Origin: Octopus sinensis
Taxonomy: Eukaryota
Reading direction: 5' to 3'
NCBI RefSeq assembly: GCF_006345805.1
Contig: NC_043009.1
Coordinates: forward strand, 33,480,001 to 33,544,000
DNA length: 64,000 nt
Shown: one piece after another, positions 50,330 to 63,563 of the stretch
Position numbering within the stretch: the stretch's first letter is position 1
Layout of the letters: each line of letters begins with the position of its first letter
Position numbers and translations under genes: made by a program
The notes under the pieces: generated by a model
Seen by the model: only the letters and a program-made list of their open reading frames with translations
What the model was told of the DNA's origin: nothing
The model's database searches: none

Positions 50330-51762
50330 AACACAACCCGGCGTTGTTCGGGTATTAAATACTTGGCAATGGTCTTAATGGGTTCTACCAATTTTTTCGT
50401 CGTACATCTTGAATTTTTTTTTTTTTTTTTTTGCATTAAGTTGCAAAGATTGACATTGAGGAAAAAGTGATTTTTTTCCCAAATGGCATTTATTAGTTGA
50501 ACAACCAAACGCCGGAGGAGGTGCTCGAAGTTCGGGTAATGGTGGTGGAGGGAAATGTTTACAAATCGCACAATGTCTCTACATCACAGGCATTTCATCC
50601 TGTGTGGATTGGTGTAAACGGCGCGAACTAAGTGCCATTGGTCATTTTCACACGCAAAGGAGAGAGAGTGGAAGGTTGACCTCGACCTAGCCCTCTGCAA
50701 AAAGGTGAAGCTGTTGGAGGAGGAGGAGTGTCCATGTTTTGTAGTTTTCTGTAGAACCCGGATGCACAGGGACAAAGAACAAATAATTTCTAGAAATGGC
50801 GCAACATATCAGTTCTTTTGCAATAAAAAACAAAAAAAAATCCGGTGTTCCTTGAACAGCTTTCTTGGGTGTAACTGCAAAAATGTGAACAGTTTATGTT
50901 TCACAGTATTTCGTAGATTTGCCACAAGTTAAATAAAGAATATTAACCAAAAATAGTTTTAAAACCATTGTTAAGTCTATACTGTTCATTTGAGATTTGG
51001 ACGAATTTGGTAAAAAATGAGGGATCTAAGGGCAAAAAACCGGTTTTCTACTCAGTTTTTCGCAATTGCTGGTCATACGAGGATGAATTCTGTGCAAATC
51101 GGAGTTTTCTGACATAATCTTTAGGATGAGTAAATAGTGTGTCAAGTTTGAACGCAATCCACTAAAGCAGTGAGAAGTTTTTGAAGATTTAAAGGGGGGA
51201 AAAAGTGTATAAAATTGTTTTTTCACAGTTTTTGCGATTTTTGTCGCACTGCGATGTCTTTGGACATAGAACAGATACATGATAGAACCGCCATTACAAG
51301 GTGGTATTTTAGCTGTAAAAACCAAGGAAATCGGACTTTCCAGTAAAAAGTTTTCTGCTGTGTAACTTTGCAAAAATGCGATAAATCGATTTTTTGAAAG
51401 TTTTTCGCAATTTTCTTGGGAAATAGAGGCTCAAGGCAGTGCCAAAATATTTGTCTGAATTGTCGCAACATGACGGTTCTTTTGACACTAAAATTACTAA
51501 AATCGGACGTTCCGGAAAAAACTTTTCTCACGTGCAACTTTTGCCTTTTTTTTTGTAAAAAGTGAGGTGTCCTTTCAGTTTTATCGATTTTTCTCCTAGA
51601 AGTGGGTATCTCTAGGCATCGGTAATGCAGCAGCGACCTGCCTGGGTAAATTTGCCATATAATAAAACAAATTTCATCGCAATTGGAGAAAAAAAACGTG
51701 GAAACGCATAGAAAACATATACATACACACACAGAAAGACATTTTGAGTTTTATCGATATAT
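50330..51762 (+). mobile_element. Possible non-autonomous Helitron-type element
   Basis: 5' acccg-gcgttgtt-cgggt hairpin; 3' aaatttcatcgcaat...aaacgtggaaacgcatagaaaacatatacatacacacacag...attttgagttttat resembles Helitron-derived termini. No ORF. Confidence 0.4.
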
Positions 51763-51767
51763 GCATA

Positions 51768-51826
<59 letters not shown>

Positions 51827-52157
51827 CTATCTATATATATATAGAAATTCAGGGTGAGTACTTGATAATTGTAAGCACCTGTATATACCGTTTGGTGGTG
51901 TAGGTGGTGGAGTAAATTAATCAAAATAAAAACATAATGCCAAGAATTCAGCGGTACATATGTTTCGGGCCTTTATTAGATGGATTTATAACAATGCATA
52001 ATGTGTGTCTATGGCCTTCTTCAGCCGCGCACAATTACTACCTCAAGGACATGTATTACATCAAAATTATGGTTGGGGATGCAAATCCTCTCATTCGCGT
52101 ACGACATAATGCGGCAGGCACCAGCACAAAAATGAAGCGTCCATCTCGTCCTTCTCT

Positions 52158-52205
<48 letters not shown>

Positions 52206-52231
52206 TTATTATTATTATCATTATTACAAAT

Positions 52232-52297
<66 letters not shown>

Positions 52298-52560
52298 TGT
52301 GTGTGTGTGTGTGTGTGTGTTATATATGTATATATAAATATACGGATATATGCGTATGTATGTATACGTGTGTATGTATGCGTATGTATGTGTGTGTGTG
52401 TGTGGTGTGTGGTGGTTGTGTGTGTGTGTGTGTGTCTAGAAGTTTTAGTCAATGCGTTTGAAGCAATGCTGGAATACTGTCACTAGAATGTGTGTGTGCT
52501 TGTGTGTATGTATGTATGTATTTATGTATGTATGCGATTGTTCAGTTTAATTATATATAT

Positions 52561-52593
<33 letters not shown>

Positions 52594-52651
52594 CATACAT
52601 ATATATATACACACACAAACACACACACAATATGTATATGTGTGTGTATAC

Positions 52652-52684
<33 letters not shown>

Positions 52685-53028
52685 CGCACAAACACACTCA
52701 CAGACACACACACATTTCATGGCAATCGACATTGGTTCAATAAAATTCTCTACACTTCTCTCAGCCATCTCAAATTTACTGTAATTGCTGGAATAGATTT
52801 CACTGATGAGGTATAATAAACATGAAACACATCCAGAATTATCTTCCTCTTGATAAGATATCAGACACATTCTGTGTCAATGAATTTAAATGCCTTTCTG
52901 GAGATGAAGACAGAGATAAATGATTTTTTTTTGTACTCAATAAAGGTGTCATTATTTACAATACGCACACATACCCATATACGCACCCGCACGCAAACTC
53001 GCGCACACACGCACACCCACAGACAGAC

Positions 53029-53075
<47 letters not shown>

Positions 53076-53076
53076 C

Positions 53077-53111
<35 letters not shown>

Positions 53112-53225
53112 TAGACAGATGGGTAGATAGATGCTGTGTAGACATATACATATATGTGTGTGTGTGTGCGCGTGCGTGCGTGCGTGTGTGTGTGTTTATG
53201 TATGCGGATGTGTGTGTATGTGTAT

Positions 53226-53499
53226 GTAAGTACGTGTGTTGTGTGTATGTATGTTATACATATAGAGGGAGGGAGAAGAGAAAGCCTGAGAGAAACAATA
53301 GACAGACAGACAGCGAGATTTTCACAACCAAGCATTTGAACCGATGCGAGAGACATTTCTATGTGAAACTTTAAGTAAGCGAGTCTCTTTCCTGATGTTA
53401 ATACAAATAAATATAAACCTGTATGAATCATGTCGAGTGAATCTTCTTTCTTTTTTTTTTTCGTTTTTTCATTTGTAAAACATATCTACACACAACACA

Positions 53500-53544
<45 letters not shown>

Positions 53545-53878
53545 ATACACACACACACAACACACACACCTCTAATGACACTGCAAATGAAAAATATTTG
53601 AAGATTTGCTTTTAATAGTAATTCCCGCAGCATAAATGAAAGCAGTAAAACGTTGCTAAAATAATGAGTGGAAAGTTTGAAAATGTAACAGCTTTAAGAC
53701 GATTTTTTATCAGTTGGGTGGCAAGAGTTAGTTTCAGAAGTTCATGTTCTTGCTCTGATAATATGGACACACAACAGGTTGGTTGTTATAGATTTCTATA
53801 GCTTCTGTCTTTCAGTGGAAACCTTTTATATTCATGAGGTATATATATCATATTATATATATATATATATATAACCCT

Positions 53879-53924
<46 letters not shown>

Positions 53925-54507
53925 TACACCCGACAACATACATATATATATGTATAAATATATATATACACTCACACATACATACAGATGTATATGTGGT
54001 ATGCATAAATGTATGTATATAAAAGACGGAAGATAGATATACATGCATATATATATACTTAATATTACATACACATACTTACACAAATATATATATATAT
54101 TATATATGTATATATATATATATTATAGAGAGAGAGAGAGAGAGAGATGAGCTGCGCGATCAATCATCGATAGATAGAGAGAGAGAGAGAAAGATGCTGA
54201 ATAGACGTATTTGTACACTACATGTCCATATTTTATATGCGTGTGTATGTGTGTGTAAGTACGTGTGTATGTGTGTATGTATGTATATACATATAGAGAG
54301 GGAGGAGAGAAAGCGAGAGAGAAACACATAGACAGACAGACTGAGATTTTCACAACCAAGCATTTGAACCGATGAGAGACATTTCTATGTGAAACTTTAA
54401 GTAAGCGAGTCTCTTTCCTGATGTTAATACAAATAAATATAAACCTGTAGGAATCATGTCGAGTGAATCTTCTTTCTTTTTTTTTTTTCGTTTTTTCATT
54501 TGTAAAC

Positions 54508-54569
<62 letters not shown>

Positions 54570-54870
54570 CCACACACACACACACACACACACACACCTC
54601 TAATGACACTGCAAATGAAAAATATTTGAAGATTTGCTTTTAATAGTAATTCCCGAGCATAAATGAAAGCAGTAAAACGTTGCTAAAATAATGAGTGGAA
54701 AGTTTGAAAATGTAACAGCTTTAAGATGATGTTTTATCAGTTGGTGTGGCAAGAGTTAGTTTCAGGAAGTTCATGTTTCTTGCTCTGATAATATGACACA
54801 CAACAGGTTGGTTGTTATAGATTTCTATAGCTTCTGTCTTTCAGTGGAAACCTTCAATATTCATGAGGTA

Positions 54871-54901
<31 letters not shown>

Positions 54902-54905
54902 CCCT

Positions 54906-54947
<42 letters not shown>

Positions 54948-55095
54948 TACACCCGACAACATACATATTATATGTATAAATATATATATATACACTCACA
55001 CATACACACAGATGTATATGTGTGTATGCATAAATGTATGTATATAAAAGACGGAAGATAGGTATACATGCATATATATATACTTATATATGTAC
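53226..55095. repeat. ~850-bp direct duplication, offset ~1029 bp
   Basis: gagattttcacaaccaagcatttgaacc... and ctaatgacactgcaaatg... blocks repeated; indel-rich differences. Confidence 0.9.
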
Positions 55096-55114
55096 ATACA
55101 CTACCTATACCAAA

Positions 55115-55175
<61 letters not shown>

Positions 55176-56272
55176 ATATATATATATATATACTATATAT
55201 ATATATATATATAATATATATACATATATACATATATACATACGTTCGCGCGTGTGTTTGTGTGAAGAAAATGTGTATGAAGAACAGGTTCCTTTGTTAA
55301 GAAGCTATCTGGTGAAGTCCGTGTCTGCAAAGGCCATTAACCAATTTTATATCAAATGTTAAAAGTGAAATAATTCTGCAAGTCTGGAGAAAGGTTTAAG
55401 GTTGGAGCGATTGAGACGAAGCAACGGACCAAACTGATAAGGTGTCAGCCTGATAGATATAACAACTAAATGATTCTGGGTTCGAATGACAACATAGTCA
55501 TTGTATTGAGTGCAATTTAACCAACGCCTCTTTCCTGCAATTAAATTTGAAGAAGATGAAGGTCAAATTGTTAGTGGGGATCTTTGCCCTAGGGGAATCT
55601 AAGTGTAATGCAGTTGGTGTCGTTGTTACTATGGCTGTTGGTTTTATTTCTTTGATCACTTCTCGGATCACGCAAACCTATGATGATCAAAGCTATTAAG
55701 ATATGCCATCCGTAGAATTGCCAGAATCGTTAGCATTATTCTTTCTGTCTCACCGCATTCTGAGTTCAAATCTTATGCTTTCAGGTTCAGTGAATGAAAT
55801 ACAAGCCGAAATTGGAGGACGATTCTTCTCCCTCATTCACCCTCCACTTCTCACCCCTCCTTCTTTCTTTCTTTCTTTCTCTCCCACCCTTTCTCACTCC
55901 CTCTCTGACATTTTTACAGATAAAACTTGTAAAGAGTCTTGTTTAAGGAATGGCTGTTAGCGCCATTATTAACCCTTTGCTGCGTATGTATATGCATTTG
56001 TGTGTGTGCGTGCGTGTGTGTGTATGTAGATGTGTTCGTTTGTGTGAGTAGATAGATTGAGTACGTAGTACTTGGCTTGGAGGATGCATACAAAATATAG
56101 TCGTTCATATTTACCGTGAGATGCATAGATAAGAATACAACCGCATGCACTCAGAAACAAGAGTCTATGTGTTTCATACGTACATACAAACACACACACA
56201 CACAAACACACACACGCACAAAGTATAGACATATGATGTTTATACATACATATGTATACGTGTGTATGTGTG

Positions 56273-56303
<31 letters not shown>

Positions 56304-56372
56304 CACACACACACGTATATGTACCTACATGCAATAATACAGATAAGCATAAGCATAAAGTCGTTTAATTAT

Positions 56373-56423
<51 letters not shown>

Positions 56424-56678
56424 AGTGGTGGTGGTGGTGCAGCAGCAGCAGTAGCAGTAGAACAGTAGCAGCAACAAATTTAAATTGTAACATACGTTTT
56501 TGTGTGTGTGTGTTTGTGAGCGTGTGTGTGTGTGTGTGCGTGTGTGTGTGTGCGTGCGTGTGTGTGTGTGTGTGTGTGCGTGTGTGTGCGTGTGTGAGTA
56601 GCATTGCTTATTATTGGTTCAAATTTTGGCACAAGACACCGAGATTGGGGGAAGGGATAAGTCGATTACATCGACCCT

Positions 56679-57003
56679 CTAAAGACTCCGCCGGTTACGA
56701 CGACGAGGGTCCCAGCTGATACGATCAACGGACAGCTTGCTCGTGAAATTAACGTGCAAATGGCTGAGCATTCCACAGACACGTGTACCCTTAACGTAGT
56801 TCTCGGGGATAATCAGCGTGACACAGAGAGTGACAAGGCTGACCCTTTGAAATACAAGTACAACTCATTTTTGCCAGCTGAGTGGACTGGAGCAACGTGA
56901 AATAAAGTGTCTTGCTCAAGGACACAACGCGTCGCCGGGAATCGAACTCACAACCTTACGATCATGAGCCGAATGCCCTAACCACTAAGCCACGCGCCCT
57001 CAC
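56679..57003 (-). mobile_element. tRNA-headed SINE family C, full length, nested in a SINE B copy with 11-bp TSD
   Basis: Minus-strand head gtgagggcgcgtggcttagtggttagggc...gagttcgattcccgg (A and B boxes), then tgtccttgagcaagacactt (CORE/V-domain-like). acatcgaccct occurs at 56668-56678 and 57004-57014. Host SINE B pieces at ~56620-56678 and 57004-57075. Confidence 0.88.
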
Positions 57004-57109
57004 ACATCGACCCTAGTACACAGCTGGTACTTATTTCATCAGCCTCGAAAGGTGGAAAGGTTACGTCGACCCCTGCTGATAAGAAAAGCGTTTAATCCAA
57101 GGATTTATG

Positions 57110-57290
57110 AAGCTGGAATATATGAGGATTTATGTCTATGAAAACCGGTCAGTCGTACGTTGGATTACTCCAATCGGCTTTCAATTGAATGACCATCGTC
57201 ACAGCAATGGAGTACCGCATTCGTACTCTATTGCACGGCAATGGAGTACAACAACTAATGGAATTATTCTGATAATGGATGCTCAGTTTG
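57110..57290 (+). mobile_element. Possible Penelope GIY-YIG endonuclease remnant
   Basis: GIYEDLC, SYVG and LNDHRH...SIARQ in shifted frames. Confidence 0.35.
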
Positions 57291-57365
57291 AAGGTGGAAA
57301 TAATTGAAAGTCTGAGTAATCCAATGTATTAACAGTCATTTGTAAATACAAACTCACATACAGAG

Positions 57366-57632
<267 letters not shown>

Positions 57633-57921
57633 TTATGTTTATTTAAATTACAATATCAATAACAGACAATTTCAAGTTGCTTACATCTCCTTAATAAGTT
57701 AAGGAGATGTAAGCATCTTGTTACTTGTGAGATGAAATATTATAAGGGAAAGAAATTGTGTGGAATGATTAATAGAAAAACATAGCATTTTGGAATTATG
57801 ACGTTTTAGAATGAAAGAATCCCAGAAAACAAGAAAATCGATGGTTTTGTTGTTGTTGTTGTTGTTTTCACTGTTTCTTGTTTTTGTTGAATTTATTCAC
57901 ACCATAGTATTCTCACATTAC

Positions 57922-57976
<55 letters not shown>

Positions 57977-59959
57977 TTCATCACCAACATCAACAACATA
58001 ACTAACTCCTTCGCCATCACCACCATCATGATTATCGTTACCACCATCACCATCCACTATCATCATTATCACCGCTACCATCAGTAATCCTCATCGCCAC
58101 CAGCTTCAACACCACCACCACCAACAACAACAACAGCACTATCATCATCATCATCACCATCGTCGTTATCGTCGTCATCATCCTCATTATTCTCATCAAC
58201 ATCACTACCACAACCGAAACCACCAGCACCGTCCTCATTACCTCACCTTCATCATCATCAGCAGCAGCATCACTATCGCTGCACCATCACCACCATCACC
58301 ATCACCGCTAGAACTACCCTAATCACCTCCATCACCATCGCAAACATCATCATCATCACCATAGTCATCGTCACTATCAGCGCCACCCTTCCCACCAACA
58401 TCACCCCACAATTATCACCAATGCAACTACCATCATCGCCATCACCACCACCATCATTATTATCATCATCGCCAATGTCTCCCCCCACCCACCCACTCAT
58501 TTCTATTTCCACCCTCATCCTGATCTGGGGTGAAATCCTTTTTCGGAAAGTAACGTTGGTACATACAGCTGTTAGTGGCCACCACATCGAGAACTAATCC
58601 TTCAATAAACAAATAGACGTCATCAGCTAACATACTGATAATAGCTGCTGTTGTTGCTCTGTTTGTAATTATTTAACCCCAGGAAAACTCGGATTGCATG
58701 GACCCATGATTAAAGATATTCCAGCGGTGACCATCCCATTTTTTATAGATAGGTCGTGGGGTTGTGTGGCTCCTATTTCTAGCAGGTCGTGCGACCTCTT
58801 AAGACTTCCTCAGTTGGTATCAGTTAATCTTTCACTGGTACACTTTCGCTCAGCCCACCACGATGAATATCCAAACAAAGAAAGACATAGATTATATTTC
58901 AAAGAGATGAGTGTTTGAAATGATAGTCAATTTGAACAAAGAAGCTGGCACAAGGTCATGTCAGCGGGAGGAAGAAGAACAACGACAATGAGCTGCACTC
59001 CAATGCTTTTGTTCTTGTTCTTAGTATCCTTTGAGGTCATCAATGTATTCATGGACGTTTAATGAGCTGGATGTGGTACTGAAGAAGGAACAATAATTCT
59101 GGGAATATGCTTATACACCCATTACCAATTCTTTCTATCTTCGGTTGCGTTGTTTACATAGATGTATTCGTTTACAAAACGTCATAACTTTCAGTATTAG
59201 CTCTAAATTCTATACAAAATCAATAGAGATAACTTTAAAAAATCGTTCACAGAAATCTTAGAACAGCTCAACTCATTAGTACTCATTCACTAAAAACATA
59301 CTCCAGCCTCTGGTCCACACGAGTGCTATCGCCTTTCTCTGGCTTTTGCGTTGCTACAATAACGACCACTGCATTCAGATTTGGCTAGTCTCGTACTCTT
59401 ACCATTCAGGTACCTCCAACCCACTAGTCTTTTCACCTCTCATCACCCTTGGTGCGTCCACCTCCCTTTCTTTCCTGCACAAACCAGTCCTTCTTTCCCC
59501 CGATCGTCATTCCTCTGGAATCTCCTCTCTTTTCTCTTCCCTGCACATGTTGATCCGCAACAGACTAAACACAACATTAACCACATCAACCTCACAAACC
59601 TTAATTGGGGCCTGCAAAGGTCATAAGCAGTACCCCTTCCACCAAAAAGTAGAAAAACTAAAGTCAATGGAATCAAATTCCATTGGCATTTCACCGAGAG
59701 TTACCAAGGATGATAATCTAATTAAGAGGAAAGCTCAAAGAAGATGAGACGAAGCAGAATTTAACTTTACCTTTCAAGGCTGTTACCAAAAAGTTTGATG
59801 AAAAACCATGTTGGAACCAATAATTTATTAGTAGCAGATATAATTGAGAAGCTGTAATAAATGACCATTCCTTAATTCTTGCAGGCAAAAAACTCATTAA
59901 GAACATTGCGCAAACAAAAGGCATGCATCAACCATACATTATTAGTATTTATGATTTAC

Positions 59960-60139
59960 CTGTTCTAATCTCTTTGACGTAACTGCCTGGAAACCATCCA
60001 ATATCCGTGCCCATCACCCCTCGGCACCACCCATTGCAGTCTTTCTCGACAACTTTTAAGAACTCTCCCTTTTCAAGATGGAGTTCCTTAGGGGACTGGG
60101 GTACATAGGATTGTAGTACTTCGCATATTGTTGACAAAT
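59960..60139 (-). CDS. SH3-domain coding exon (180 nt, phase 1-1) of a minus-strand multi-exon gene
   Basis: Translates to LSTICEVLQSYVPQSPKELHLEKGEFLKVVEKDCNGWCRGVMGTDIGWFPGSYVKEIRT, with SH3 hallmarks (ELxLxxG, GW..G, GWFPxxYV). Acceptor ctgttttgtag| (AG at 60141-60140) and donor acag|gtaaat (GT at 59959-59958). Parent gene not identifiable from this domain alone. Confidence 0.92.
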
Positions 60140-60539
60140 CTACAAAACAGATGAGAATATAACACTAAGGAATCTAAATCCAGAAGAGACTTAGCAGTGA
60201 GGAAGAGTGGAAGGAAGGAGAATTAGGATTCTGGAATGTAGGATTAAAAGAAGGAATAACGGAATAACTTTACAGAAAAGGATCGCAAGAGAGAGAAGCA
60301 AGGAGGGTGTCTTCTGATTGTACATAACCAATTTCGTTTTTAAAAAATAGAGATTATATTAGTCGCGTCTAGTTAGAAGCTCGATCTTAATGACTCTTGG
60401 CTCATCAACCTCCTCCCCACCCCGGGGGAAGAGGGCTAGTAGGAAAGTGAAAGTTGAGCTCATACACGTACATACACACACACGCACACGCGCGCATACA
60501 CACACATGTATTATATTCAGAATCTTTTCTACTGGAAGC

Positions 60540-60660
60540 ACAAGGCTTCTAATTTGAGGGAAGGGGTTAAGTCGATTACATCGACCCCAGTGCGTAACTG
60601 GTACTTATTTAATCGACCCTGAAAGGATGAAAGGCAAAGCTGACCCCAGCGGAATTTGAA
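60540..60660 (-). mobile_element. SINE B, 3' half
   Basis: gtcgattacatcgaccccagtgcgtaactggtactt...gatgaaaggcaaag core. Confidence 0.78.
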
Positions 60661-60978
60661 AATATATTATATTCATAATGAAGTCAAATCAAATAGTGAT
60701 ATTTTGAAATGCTTTGACTGAGGAAGGTTTACGTAATGGATGCATTTCCTGTTATTACATGAAGCTGAAACCTATGTATTAAATGATTTCAAAATATTAC
60801 TTTTTGGTTTGACTTCATTATTACAACTAATATGACTCGATGCCAATGCAAACTAATTATATATATATATATATATATAATAAATCTAAAAAAAGAAGAA
60901 CAAACACACAAAAAACAACGCGGGGACGTGGTACATGTAAAGTATTAGGCAGATGTTCAGGGAAGGAAAGAGAGGTAG

Positions 60979-61012
60979 TTTAACGTTTCGGGCAACGCTC
61001 TTCTTCAGAAAC
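60979..61012 (-). ncRNA. Minimal type-I hammerhead ribozyme motif in a Penelope-type terminus, core intact
   Basis: gttt | CTGAAGA a gagc-gtt-gccc GAAAC GTT | aaac: intact CUGANGA and GAAA, 4-bp stem I, one mismatch in stem II, ACGT stem III. Confidence 0.55.
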
Positions 61013-61047
61013 AGAGGAAAGTCCAATTGAAAGAAAGATGGAGAAAG

Positions 61048-61088
<41 letters not shown>

Positions 61089-61887
61089 CACACACACATA
61101 CATACACACACATGTATGCGAACGCGCACACAACGCACACACACACTGTCGTCATACCCAGAATCTGAAGACAATGATCAATTAGATTCTATGTCAAAAC
61201 ACTGAAGGGATTTCTCTAAGTCTGCGGTTAGAATTGAACTCAGAACTACAAGATAAGGAGCCATTTCTAAGTCTCAAAATGCTGCCGGTAATTAAGATGA
61301 AAAGATGTTTTTATATTGTGATGCCTCCATACAGCGAGACTGACTGAGTCATTTAAGGGGAGTTAACTGTATTGCCTTTATACAGTCAAGTGGGCAGAAA
61401 CCTTTACCGCAGACAACAATGTATTGGCACTTATTACTGAGGAAACCTTTGGCCCAGGGAGTGCCATAACCACTAGTTTCACACGTTTACGTAGACACAT
61501 ACTCATTGATAAGTTGCATAAATGTACGAATAAAAGAATAATCACAAACAAATATGGCACCCAAAACATGAACAGATATCCGGACTTGCCAGACAATTAA
61601 TCCACTGCCTCGATTTGAGAACTCGTCATGGTCTTCTCTCCTCTATGTTAAAGGACATTATTTAAGTTTAATTTCACCCCTGATCGAAGCCAAATAAGCT
61701 GAAATAAGCTAGATTGCCGGACTCACTAGCAATTCGATATATTTCGCACAATTTATTATTAGCATTATTGCAGGACCGAAACCTGGACCTTTGGATTACT
61801 AGAACAAAACTCTTACTATATAGTTAGTTATTGTCTTCCGAACTCTTGCGTAGCTGTACACTGTAGACAGACTTTGTCGAGTAAAAC

Positions 61888-62210
61888 ATGTATGTATGTA
61901 TGTATGTATGTGTGTATGTATGTATGTATGTATGTATGCATGCATGCATGCATGTATGTATGTATGCATGTATGTGTCTATGTATGTATGTATGTATGTA
62001 TGTATGTATGCATGTATGTATGTATGCAAGTAAGCATGTATGTATGTATGCATGTATGTATGTATGCATGTATGCATGTATGTATGTATATATGTATATA
62101 TGTATGTATGTATGCATGCATGCATGTAAGTATGTATGTATGCATGCATGTATGCATGTATGCATGTATGTATGTATGTATGTATGTATGCAAGTAAGCA
62201 TGTATGTATG

Positions 62211-62240
<30 letters not shown>
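61888..62240. repeat. (TATG)/(CATG) compound microsatellite
   Basis: Direct reading; source of the spurious HTYI/MYVC ORFs. Confidence 0.95.
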
Positions 62241-62242
<2 letters not shown>

Positions 62243-62481
62243 CGCTCACACCCATACATCTGATGGGTCTTCAACCAAATGCTACTCGCAGACAATTGGC
62301 CAGATCGAAGTTATTCCACGCACACATATAAGCCTGCGCACACTGAGATCAGAGTCAAAATCACATGATTTCGAGACGAACTTCATAACTACACGTCTAC
62401 GCATGCACCTGTCAACTCAGATTTTCACTAAATTTCTCAGATCATACTCTTTAGAAATGCTGAATAAAACTCATGTTACTC

Positions 62482-63030
<549 letters not shown>

Positions 63031-63102
63031 GGATAGATAGATAGATAGATAGGTAGGTAGGTAGGTAGGTAGGTAGGTAGGTAGGTAGGTAGGTAAGTAG
63101 GT

Positions 63103-63133
<31 letters not shown>

Positions 63134-63475
63134 AAGAGAGAGATAATAATTATTTGAACAGTGAACAGCAAAATTTTAAATGATGATATGCATATTTTTT
63201 CTTAATACGATCCGGCAGATTCAAACGTAAATAAGCTAGTTGCTGTTGTGTACGTCACAGGAAACAACCCCAACTTTTTACGATGTCTGTGTGCTCATAA
63301 TAATTTCGGTCCAAGGGCACAAGGGGTTCTATATATAGTATTACTCTGATGATCAATTACGTGAAACGCTGTGTAGCAGTTTGTGAAGTCTTTTCAACTT
63401 GGATAAAATATTTTACTTTTTGATATTCTAATACTATTTTCCATTGCATTTCGCTCTAGTGTACTTATATGAGTG

Positions 63476-63563
63476 TGTGTGTGTGATGGTGGTGGTGTGT
63501 GTGTGATGGTGGTGGTGTGTGTGTGATGGTGGTGGTGTGTGTGTGATGGTGGTGGTGTGTGTG
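63476..63563. repeat. 20-bp tandem repeat (gtgtgtgtgatggtggtggt) x4
   Basis: Direct reading. Confidence 0.9.

Noticed and set aside
55260-55620. Possible Penelope RT remnant (LQNYFTFN on the minus strand)
   Set aside because: A single weak motif among many stops.
56930-57003. tRNA-Met-like gene (CAT loop)
   Set aside because: It is the head of SINE C; acceptor stem does not close and it continues into SINE body with a TSD.
59718-59924. 68-aa minus-strand ORF as a full exon
   Set aside because: Phase incompatible with the SH3 donor (the compatible frame hits a stop); only the 9-nt microexon option is kept.
63345-63375. ctgatga...gaaac hammerhead-like motif
   Set aside because: No stem I or II pairing and no NUH cleavage triplet.
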